The notes under the pieces were generated by a model. That model was given only the letters and a program-made list of their open reading frames with translations, had not been told where the DNA came from and ran no database searches. Shown here one piece after another: positions 18,863-26,622 of a DNA stretch of 47,882 nt (positions within the stretch are counted from its first letter, which is position 1; each line of letters starts with the position of its first letter). The translations under genes were made by a program, and so were the position numbers. Origin of the DNA: Candidatus Saccharimonadota bacterium (GTDB lineage Bacteria; Patescibacteriota; Saccharimonadia; Saccharimonadales; SZUA-47); assembly GCA_035329185.1 (NCBI GenBank), contig DAOLHH010000002.1, positions 1-47,882 on the forward strand. The letters are read 5' to 3'.

Positions 18863-18895
18863 AACTCCTAGTAATACTTCTAGGAGTTTTTTTAT
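18863..18895 (+). terminator. Intrinsic terminator AACTCCTAG/CTAGGAGTT plus a T-run
   Basis: 9-bp stem (18863-18871/18880-18888) followed by TTTTTTTATTTT. Confidence 0.85.
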
Positions 18896-18926
18896 TTTAC
18901 GAACCGTGCCTACAAGGTATTATTAA

Positions 18927-19685
18927 ATGATGAGTAGCATAATATCTGTAAAAAATGTAACGAAACGATACGGCGATAAAACTGCGGTAAACGGCATCTC
19001 TTTTGAAGTTAAAAAAGGCGAAATATTTGGCATTTTGGGACCAAATGGTGCTGGTAAGACTACGACACTAGAGATGTTGGAAGCATTGAGGCCAATTGAT
19101 GGAGGTGAGGCAATCTTAGACGGGGTAAATGTTGCAAAGGAACCCGAACGGATTCGTTCTCTCATTGGGGTGCAACCACAGACCCCATCTTTTGAAGAGA
19201 AAACGAAACTAACTGAACTCATAGATTTTTTTGCGAGTACTTACGGTGAAAAGGTAGATGCGCTCAAATTTCTTGCCGATGTCCAACTGACGGATAAAGC
19301 AAATGCATATGTTGAACAGCTTTCTGGTGGCCAAAGACAACGATTCTCAATTGCCGCAGCATTAGTACACGGTCCAAAAGTTTTTTTCCTCGATGAGCCG
19401 ACGACGGGTCTTGATCCTCAGGCACGTCGTAACTTGTGGGAATTAGTAAAAGAAGTACGAGACAGGGGCGTGACGGTGGTGCTGACGACCCATTATATGG
19501 AGGAAGCTGAACTACTTTGCGACCGTGTCGCGATTATGGATAATGGCAAAATTATTGCGCTTGATACCCCAAAGCAACTGATACAGAGCCTTATTAAGAA
19601 AGGGTTCAAGAAAAAACAGCATGTAGAACAGGCAAACTTGGAAGATGTATTTATTGAAATGACAGGAAAGGACTTGCGCGAATAA
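18927..19685 (+). CDS. ABC transporter ATP-binding protein (ABC-2/DrrA-like)
   Basis: Walker A GPNGAGKTT, signature LSGGQRQR, Walker B FFLDEPTTGLD. Confidence 0.9.
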   Translation: MMSSIISVKNVTKRYGDKTAVNGISFEVKKGEIFGILGPNGAGKTTTLEMLEALRPIDGGEAILDGVNVAKEPERIRSLIGVQPQTPSFEEKTKLTELIDFFASTYGEKVDALKFLADVQLTDKANAYVEQLSGGQRQRFSIAAALVHGPKVFFLDEPTTGLDPQARRNLWELVKEVRDRGVTVVLTTHYMEEAELLCDRVAIMDNGKIIALDTPKQLIQSLIKKGFKKKQHVEQANLEDVFIEMTGKDLRE

Positions 19686-19686
19686 T

Positions 19687-20805
19687 ATGAGTAATCTACA
19701 AAAACAATTATTACCGGTGATAACTTTCGCCAAAATAGACTTCAAGCGCTTGTTCCGCGATAAAGTGGCTATTTTCTTTGTTTTCTTATTTCCGCTGATT
19801 TTTTTGTTTGTTTTTGGCGGTATTTTTGGACGTAACTCTGACGTTTCGTTCAATGTAGCGCTCTTTAATGAGTCTCAAAACGAGACTGCAGTGCAAATAG
19901 AAAAGCAGCTCAAAGAAAGCAAAGTCATAAAGGTTAACGAGAAAGTAACGACACAAGAAGAAGCAAAAGAAAAAATGACACGTAGTGAGCTTGATGCATT
20001 AATTATCCTGCCAAAAGACTTTGGGAGTGAAGTTTCTGGCGACAAAACACCTAGTGGGCAATTGCAAGTATTCTATAACCAGAATAATGAGCAGGGAGCT
20101 CAAACGCTTGCAGCCATTCTGCAGGGCTTTTTCAAAGAGGTCAACAAGCAATACGTAGATACATCTGAGCCATTCACGGTCAAAACAGAGTCGACAGCTT
20201 CGTCGAGCCAACGTCGTTTCGACTACGTATTTGCTGGTTTGCTTGGCTTTAGCGTTATGTCGCTTGGTATCTTTGGACCGACGAATGTCTTTCCGAAGCT
20301 TAAAAGTAAGGGAGTTCTCAGGCGATATAGCACCACTACGCTGAAAGTGTGGCAGTATTTCATCGGAAACGTCATCTCGAACGCTGCAGTAGGCATTTTA
20401 TCCGTTGCAAGTATGTTTATCGTGTCCCTGGTCGTGTTTGATTTACATATGCAGGGTGATTTTATTAGCCTCGGGCTGATGGTAATTCTTGGCGTCACGG
20501 TGCTCTTTGGAATTGGTTTGGCAGTTGGTGGTTGGGCGAAGAACGAAAACCAGGCAGCGCCACTTGCAAACCTCGTCACGTTTCCAATGATGTTTCTATC
20601 AGGGACGTTTTTCCCCCGCTATGCTATGCCAGAATGGTTGCAGCGCGTATCCGACTTCTTACCACTCACACCGGTCATTGACGGTATACGGTTGATTGTC
20701 ACTGAAGGCAAAACAATACTCGATCTGGGTACGCAGGTAGTTCTTCTCGTCGCGTGGGCGGTCATTATCTATTTTGTTGCTTTTAAAGTGTTCAGGTGGG
20801 AGTAG
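19687..20805 (+). CDS. ABC-2 type transporter permease
   Basis: One N-terminal TM helix, a large loop, then five C-terminal TM helices. Starts 2 nt after the ATPase stop. Confidence 0.8.
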   Translation: MSNLQKQLLPVITFAKIDFKRLFRDKVAIFFVFLFPLIFLFVFGGIFGRNSDVSFNVALFNESQNETAVQIEKQLKESKVIKVNEKVTTQEEAKEKMTRSELDALIILPKDFGSEVSGDKTPSGQLQVFYNQNNEQGAQTLAAILQGFFKEVNKQYVDTSEPFTVKTESTASSSQRRFDYVFAGLLGFSVMSLGIFGPTNVFPKLKSKGVLRRYSTTTLKVWQYFIGNVISNAAVGILSVASMFIVSLVVFDLHMQGDFISLGLMVILGVTVLFGIGLAVGGWAKNENQAAPLANLVTFPMMFLSGTFFPRYAMPEWLQRVSDFLPLTPVIDGIRLIVTEGKTILDLGTQVVLLVAWAVIIYFVAFKVFRWE

Positions 20806-20811
20806 AAAATC

Positions 20812-21051
20812 ATGCAAGGAGAATTCGAGGTATATACGGGTTGGGAAGAAACGGGTCCACGTATTCCGTTGTCTGCAAGAGTTAGCGAAGAAGCAATCCG
20901 TGTGAGACTTGCTCGAATGGCTGAGCGCGGCGTTTTAATATCTCCTGCAGATATAGATACCACTCAGGCACAAGCAAGAGACGAAGCACTGGCTCGAGGT
21001 GCTGCGCTCCTTGAAGACTTGCGCTCGCGAGGAGTCATACCTCGGCTATAA
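20812..21051 (+). CDS. Hypothetical small protein (79 aa)
   Basis: GGGAG RBS. Arg/Ala/Glu-rich helical sequence. No family recognised. Confidence 0.45.
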   Translation: MQGEFEVYTGWEETGPRIPLSARVSEEAIRVRLARMAERGVLISPADIDTTQAQARDEALARGAALLEDLRSRGVIPRL

Positions 21052-21092
21052 TAATTGCAAATAAAGCGTAAGTGTGATATAATAATTGCATT

Positions 21093-21638
21093 ATGGCATC
21101 TACGACCCCTTCTCATAATCAGCATCAAGGTGAACTCCTCACATTTTTGCCACAAACTGGACAGCATATAGTTGCTGACGTATACAAAGAGCCCGTTCCT
21201 GAAGACGGAATATCAGTAAAAATTGATGAGAGAGCGATTGCACTTGGCACGGTAGTAACCGAGCTGGCTAATGCAAGTAAACTTACTGGATTCGAAATTG
21301 CAACTTCGCACGCAGTATCTCCTGAGATGAGAGCATCAATAGAAAAGCGGTATGATGATGTGGATCGTATCAGCGGTAATGCACATGATAAAAGAGCTCG
21401 GCATATATTAAGCGCCAAGCAGGCATTCGCACGTGCAACAGGATTGCCTCAAATGATTACGGCAGAGACTGACGTTAGTAAGCACGATGACATAAAAGCT
21501 GGAGTTGCAAAAGATTTTGACCGTTTTTTGCAGACGTATGCAGATGCTAAAGGCGCGCGACCCAGAAAAGATCTACGAAAAACATTAAAACGGACAGAGC
21601 GTGAACTTGCAAAAGCGAGTCGCAATCGTTCATCATGA
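21093..21638 (+). CDS. Hypothetical protein (181 aa)
   Basis: ATG lies 9 nt after the extended -10 TGATATAAT (21075-21083). No family recognised. Confidence 0.5.
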   Translation: MASTTPSHNQHQGELLTFLPQTGQHIVADVYKEPVPEDGISVKIDERAIALGTVVTELANASKLTGFEIATSHAVSPEMRASIEKRYDDVDRISGNAHDKRARHILSAKQAFARATGLPQMITAETDVSKHDDIKAGVAKDFDRFLQTYADAKGARPRKDLRKTLKRTERELAKASRNRSS

Positions 21639-21644
21639 TAATAG

Positions 21645-22445
21645 ATGAGAACGAGACACTTTCCTTTTGCCAAATACAGAGACTGGGGACCCACTCCTGA
21701 AATTAAACCTGATCTTGATACAGATCTTGTCGCAGACTTAGCTAGCTTCCAGTCTGACGTATATAAGAAGCCTATTTTGGATGATATCACCGGATATTAT
21801 CAATTTTATCCCTCGATGAATGGTGCCACGAGCTACGTTACTCGTGCAGCGCAACGAAGAAAAGTACTTATAGAAAATATTGAGCCTGGCGATACCCTGG
21901 AAGAAAAACGAAAACGTCAAATTCTACACATTGCTGAGAGTACAGAAATTGCAACTGCAGTATTTTGGGCTACCGCCACAATGCGATACGACGTTGTAAG
22001 TCATGCATTGGGAGCAATTGCCGACATCGCAGAAGAAGGAAGGGAGGAACGGTTACCTGACGATATTGCTGCTTATGCTGCTGACGCAATTGCCGATTAC
22101 GGATATTGCCTCATGCATCCTGTGCAAATTGACCATATTGGCAACGATCACGGTGAGTATTTGAGAGCACAGATTGAACGTGTAGCCCCAGAAACAGGAC
22201 GTGCGCTTTTGGAATTTGGCATATACTCAGATGAGCACTCGGATGCACTGCAGTCCTACGATGGCGTTACCGCACTTCAAGCAACAGTTTTAGAACAAGA
22301 AAGACGAATCGCTCATTGGGCACCAAGACATCACGCAGTCATGGACGCGTTTCCCGATATCGAAATCTCCAGAGAAGTGCTTAATCTAGGCGTGGATTTT
22401 CCCGAACTATTCTCTCTTCATAAATCGATAAAGCGAGAATTGTAG
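21645..22445 (+). CDS. Hypothetical protein (266 aa)
   Basis: Starts immediately after TGATAATAG. No family recognised. Confidence 0.5.
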   Translation: MRTRHFPFAKYRDWGPTPEIKPDLDTDLVADLASFQSDVYKKPILDDITGYYQFYPSMNGATSYVTRAAQRRKVLIENIEPGDTLEEKRKRQILHIAESTEIATAVFWATATMRYDVVSHALGAIADIAEEGREERLPDDIAAYAADAIADYGYCLMHPVQIDHIGNDHGEYLRAQIERVAPETGRALLEFGIYSDEHSDALQSYDGVTALQATVLEQERRIAHWAPRHHAVMDAFPDIEISREVLNLGVDFPELFSLHKSIKREL

Positions 22446-22447
22446 CT

Positions 22448-23386
22448 TTGGCGTTTTTCATACTTGCACCGATGGATGATGTGACTGATACGGTTTTCCG
22501 CCGTATTGTGGCTGATTGTGCTGCGCCAGAGTTTACCATGACGGAATTCGTGAATGTCGATGGGCTCACGAGTGCCGGTCGACCGAAGCTGATGCATCGT
22601 CTAGCTGTTGATCTCGATACGGCTCCGGTCATCGCACAGATATGGGGTAAAAAGCCAGAAAACTTTAAAGTAATTGCAGATGAAATTGCAAGCGGGGTCA
22701 TACCTGGTTACGTTGGAGTCGATCTGAACTTCGGTTGCCCTGATAAATCCGTACTCAAGAATGAGTGTTGTTCAGCACTTCAACAATCACATCTGCGAGA
22801 TAAAGCAGTCGCGATTATTCAGGCGACAAAAGACGGGCTCGATGGTCGCTTACCGCTGAGTATCAAGACGAGACTCGGATTCGATAAGATTGACTATTCG
22901 TGGCACCAACTCCTGTTAGAGCAAAAGCCGAGCATGCTAACTGTACATGTACGTACAACAAGACAAATGAGCAAAGTGCCGGCGCAGTGGGAAGCAATTG
23001 AGCCGATTGTGAAACTTCGCGACGAGATATCGCCAGAAACGAAAATTGTTATGAATGGTGATGTCCAGAATAAATCGCAAGGCATTGAGCTTGCAGAAAA
23101 GCATGGCGTTGATGGCATTATGATTGGTCGAGGGATATTTCACGATCCATATGCGTTCTCTGAATCAAGCCCCTGGGAGCAGATGACAAAGCAAGAGCGT
23201 ATCAATTTACTCATTCATCATATGACCTTGCATGATAAACAGTACCCGAATGGCGAGCGCCCTTATAATCCACTAAAGAAATTCGCCAAGATTTATATCA
23301 ATGGTTTTGATGGCGCGTCGGAGCTTCGTGACAAAATCATGCACACGAATACAGTTTCCGAAGCACTACTTTTAATACGTAGTTAA
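22448..23386 (+). CDS. dus: tRNA-dihydrouridine synthase
   Basis: LAPMDDVTDTVFRR, VDLNFGCP (catalytic Cys), KTRLG, LTVHVRT, IMIGRG. A TTG start is needed to retain the conserved N-terminus. Confidence 0.85.
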   Translation: MAFFILAPMDDVTDTVFRRIVADCAAPEFTMTEFVNVDGLTSAGRPKLMHRLAVDLDTAPVIAQIWGKKPENFKVIADEIASGVIPGYVGVDLNFGCPDKSVLKNECCSALQQSHLRDKAVAIIQATKDGLDGRLPLSIKTRLGFDKIDYSWHQLLLEQKPSMLTVHVRTTRQMSKVPAQWEAIEPIVKLRDEISPETKIVMNGDVQNKSQGIELAEKHGVDGIMIGRGIFHDPYAFSESSPWEQMTKQERINLLIHHMTLHDKQYPNGERPYNPLKKFAKIYINGFDGASELRDKIMHTNTVSEALLLIRS

Positions 23387-23450
23387 TTGGGTACACCCAA
23401 TTAAATGCTTATGCTTGCATAAACGTTATTGGGCAGGTTTAATGGTATAA

Positions 23451-24866
23451 ATGTCAGAGTTTAGCGGTAAAAATCAAATTCTCACTACAGCAAGAGAGCT
23501 TACAGGAATACAACACGAAAGCGCTTTAGGCTATGCCGATACACCAATGACCGTTACGCGCACAGGTACAGTCTATGAAGTAAAGTTCGAATTACCTCCA
23601 ATTTCTTCACAAGAATTCATACAGTTTTTGAATCAGACTGCACCAGATCAGAGAACGCAAACAGCTGGCGGTATACGTGCAGACTGGGTATTCGCCCTTC
23701 CGGACCATGCTGATAGAGAGCTCGCTAAAAGTCACTCTAAGATTCCTGCTTGGGGCGATTTTACAATTAGAGCAAGTAATTATGTAGCGCTTGCTAATGA
23801 TGCAGAAATTCCGTATTTCTTAAGTAATCCTCTTCAAAGTGAAAGGGCATTTCAGAGCTGGAAGGCGCAGCTACCAGCCCCACAACCTACATCAATGATC
23901 GTGAGCAGATGGGTAGATGATCTGAGGATTTTAGATTCAGATAGTAATCTTGATGCTGAAACAAGGTTAGCAGAGATTACTAAGGATCAGATACTTAATA
24001 GATTTGCCAATAGTCCTGTATCGTTAATGCTTAAGCAGCTTTCTCGTGCAGGTTTTAGAGATGTCGAGGATATATTTAGGTGTGTTATTGAAACTTCAGA
24101 AGGTAGAAAATATAGGAATAGTGTAACGAAAGAAGTAATTAGAAGATTTTCAAAAAAACCGTTTGAACATCGAGTTGATGTACAAAAAGCTTTTATTGCT
24201 GTCCTTGCCGATAGGGATGATATTAAAACACGCGAAATTTTAGAAAACTTGATAAGCAATGGTCTAAGTAAGATGGCGGTCGCAAGAGGACTTATACCAG
24301 TGACTGATGATAACGGAAATCCGTCTTATGTCCACCCAGATGACTTGCCTAAGTGCGAGGATTATTTTGGTAGTTTTAGAACAGATACTGTTCCTGCGGA
24401 TTACAGAGAATTAGCAAAAGAGCCTGAAGTACTTGAAAGTGGAGGCATATTCTATAAACGACGTGATATGACGCTTAGATATAATTCGAATAAAAGAAAA
24501 ATTACAAGTTTCAGCACTTCCTCGTATGAGTTAGTTGATAAGCCGTGGAAATTTTTTGCAGAACCTATACTTCGGTGGACAGTAGATGGCTCTAGGAAGA
24601 GAGATCTAGAATTGGTGAGTGAGGTTAAGCATGACAGCATCGATGGTACTCAGATTGTGCAGGATGGTGTGTTTGGCTTGATGATCGCAGCACATTTATC
24701 AGATGATGTGGAACTACCTCAAAAATTAGGGCTAAGAATAAACGGCGCTCAGTTTCGACAAGAACAAAGAATGGGAGCAGCACAATTACCATTACTGGCC
24801 CTTATGCTAAAAAACAAAATAATGAATGGTTCATTTATTGAATCAGCGGAACGCGCTGTTTTATAA
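23451..24866 (+). CDS. Hypothetical cytoplasmic protein (471 aa)
   Basis: Long ORF with no TM segment or signal peptide. No family recognised. Confidence 0.55.
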   Translation: MSEFSGKNQILTTARELTGIQHESALGYADTPMTVTRTGTVYEVKFELPPISSQEFIQFLNQTAPDQRTQTAGGIRADWVFALPDHADRELAKSHSKIPAWGDFTIRASNYVALANDAEIPYFLSNPLQSERAFQSWKAQLPAPQPTSMIVSRWVDDLRILDSDSNLDAETRLAEITKDQILNRFANSPVSLMLKQLSRAGFRDVEDIFRCVIETSEGRKYRNSVTKEVIRRFSKKPFEHRVDVQKAFIAVLADRDDIKTREILENLISNGLSKMAVARGLIPVTDDNGNPSYVHPDDLPKCEDYFGSFRTDTVPADYRELAKEPEVLESGGIFYKRRDMTLRYNSNKRKITSFSTSSYELVDKPWKFFAEPILRWTVDGSRKRDLELVSEVKHDSIDGTQIVQDGVFGLMIAAHLSDDVELPQKLGLRINGAQFRQEQRMGAAQLPLLALMLKNKIMNGSFIESAERAVL

Positions 24867-24875
24867 CTACCAACT

Positions 24876-25217
24876 CTAGCTTCCGTACTTCTCACCCCAC
24901 TCAGCCATCGAAACGAGAATATTGCTGAGGCCTTGGCCTTTTTCAGTGAGGTGGTATGTGTAGCGGGGTGGGTGTGCGTTGTACTGGCGCTTTTCTATGA
25001 TGCCGTCTTCTTGGAGCTTCTCAAGCCGGGCGCTCAGTGTGCGCGGGCTGATGCCTGATAACATCGTTTCGAGATCGCCAAACGTTCTAGGCTCGGTCAC
25101 AAGCTGACCGACGAGCAAGGGGGTCCATTTATCACCCAGAACGCAGAGCGCAGCCTGAATACAGCCAGGCTTTGTCTCCACGGTGTCACAAGCAGGTTTT
25201 GGGGTAGTAAAAGACAT
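24876..25217 (-). CDS. HxlR-family winged-helix transcriptional regulator
   Basis: GDKWTPLLVGQL..PRTFGDLE..GISPRTLSARLEKLQEDGII.R..Y...PPRYTYHLTEKG. Confidence 0.9.
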   Translation of the reverse strand: MSFTTPKPACDTVETKPGCIQAALCVLGDKWTPLLVGQLVTEPRTFGDLETMLSGISPRTLSARLEKLQEDGIIEKRQYNAHPPRYTYHLTEKGQGLSNILVSMAEWGEKYGS

Positions 25218-25306
25218 GAGTGGTGGTCCAATTAGGTTACTTCCCTACCATTGTACCATATTAAGACTTTACAAAGTATAGTATGTGCAAGTATACTAGT
25301 AATAAT

Positions 25307-25335
25307 CTTGTAACTATACAAAATGTAGTTACAAG
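25307..25335. promoter_or_regulatory. Perfect inverted repeat CTTGTAACTA(25307-25316)-9 nt-TAGTTACAAG(25326-25335); candidate HxlR operator
   Basis: 10-bp arms read directly. It lies just downstream of a TATACT box (25292-25297) in the divergent hxlR/FMN-reductase intergenic region. Confidence 0.5.
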
Positions 25336-25406
25336 GGGAGAGTTCGCTTTCAAGAACTTGTCAACTGATTGAATTTATGTAAAACATTAATTACTAGGAG
25401 AATAAA

Positions 25407-25952
25407 ATGAGCAAAAAACTTAAACTCATCGTGGGCTCTGCCCGACAGAATCGTCAAGGAAAAACAGTTGCTGATTGGCTCGCAATGCAGGCAAAAGATG
25501 CAGGCTATGATATAGAGCTTCTCGATCTCAAAGAAATTAATTTGCCTAAGTTTGATGCTGGCGTATCACCGATGTATATGCCAGTCGATACTCCCGAGGC
25601 GAAAGCATGGGCAGCGCAAATTACCGATGCAGATGGACTTATTTTCTTAACCAGCGAGTATAACCGTAGCATCCCAGGTTCACTCAAAGATGCGATTGAC
25701 TACCTGTACGCTGAGTGGAACGGTAAAAAGGCAAGTATTGTAAGTTATGGTTACATTGACGGCGGTGGAAGTGCAACGAAGCACCTAACCGATATTCTGA
25801 ATTGGGTAAAAATCGAATTAGTAGGTCCTCAAATTGCCATACCTTTTACGCAGGCGACGTTCAATGAGCAGGGTGCATTTAATGATATTGAGGCCGCTTT
25901 AGGTGGCATTAAAGAAGATTTTATAGCTCAGTTGCAGGCTTTAAGCGAATAA
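25407..25952 (+). CDS. NAD(P)H-dependent FMN reductase family oxidoreductase
   Basis: LKLIVGSARQNRQGKTVA and LIFLTSEYNRSIPGSLKDAIDYL. AGGAG RBS. Confidence 0.85.
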   Translation: MSKKLKLIVGSARQNRQGKTVADWLAMQAKDAGYDIELLDLKEINLPKFDAGVSPMYMPVDTPEAKAWAAQITDADGLIFLTSEYNRSIPGSLKDAIDYLYAEWNGKKASIVSYGYIDGGGSATKHLTDILNWVKIELVGPQIAIPFTQATFNEQGAFNDIEAALGGIKEDFIAQLQALSE

Positions 25953-25972
25953 TCTATACAAAAGCAAGAAAA

Positions 25973-26005
25973 AAGAACCGATTTTTGTCATATCGGTTCT
26001 TTTTA
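25973..26005. terminator. Bidirectional terminator GAACCGAT(25975-25982)/ATCGGTTC(25992-25999) with flanking A/T runs
   Basis: 8-bp stem between the convergent FMN-reductase gene and the tRNA. Confidence 0.8.
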
Positions 26006-26025
26006 TTTGTTGCACATCATCTTAG

Positions 26026-26101
26026 TGGTGGGGCTGGTTGGAATTGAACCAACGACCAATCGGTTATGAGCCGACTGCTCTAACCTCTGAGCTACAGCCC
26101 C
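26026..26101 (-). tRNA. tRNA with anticodon CAT (elongator Met or lysidine-modified Ile2), CCA encoded
   Basis: Hand-folded cloverleaf: GGGGCTG-TA-GCTC-AGAGGTTA-GAGC-A-GTCGG-CTCATAA-CCGAT-TGGTC-GTTGG-TTCAATT-CCAAC-CAGCCCC-A-CCA. Confidence 0.9.
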
Positions 26102-26164
26102 ATCATTAAAACGATGTTTCTTATGCATCATTATAACAATTAGTTGGTGTAAACTATAGAGGTT

Positions 26165-26614
26165 ATGGCAATCTTGCAAGACAAAATACACGAACTACGC
26201 GTCGTCGCTCACAAAAAAGGAGTAGATGACCCGCGAATTATCGGCGTTTTTGTATTAGCCTTTATCGGACTTAGTGTCGTGTGGAATGGAGCCCGTGTCG
26301 TTCAGCAAAATTACGCCCTACTTCAGAAGATTGTAGTGTTACAAGAAGAAAACCGAATCCTAGAACTTGAAAATAGGAATAAACAGATACAAAATGAGTA
26401 TTACAAGACGCCCGAATACGCCGAGCTCAAAGCACGACGTGTGAACGGTAGGGCGGCTTCTGGCGAGCAGGTTTATATAGTTACTCACGATACGGCTCTT
26501 GAGGGGTTAAAAACACCCGAAACTGAACCAATAGCGACGATAGCTCGCTCTGAAAAGCCTCTGTATCAACAAAATTTTGAAGACTGGATAGATTTCTTTT
26601 TTGGCAAGAAATAA
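26165..26614 (+). CDS. FtsB/DivIC-like septum formation initiator
   Basis: One TM helix, a coiled coil (LLQKIVVLQEENRILELENRNKQIQNE), then YYKTPEYAELKARRVNGRAASGEQVYIV, which is typical of the family. Confidence 0.55.
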   Translation: MAILQDKIHELRVVAHKKGVDDPRIIGVFVLAFIGLSVVWNGARVVQQNYALLQKIVVLQEENRILELENRNKQIQNEYYKTPEYAELKARRVNGRAASGEQVYIVTHDTALEGLKTPETEPIATIARSEKPLYQQNFEDWIDFFFGKK

Positions 26615-26622
26615 ATAAAGTA

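Noticed and set aside
26026-26101. Calling either tRNA(CAT) the initiator tRNA-fMet
   Set aside because: Position 1 is paired with 72 (G1-C72 here; T72 in the truncated second tRNA implies an A1-U72 pair), not the C1-A72 mismatch of bacterial initiator tRNAs. The anticodon stems also lack the three consecutive G-C pairs. Elongator Met and Ile2 cannot be distinguished by eye.
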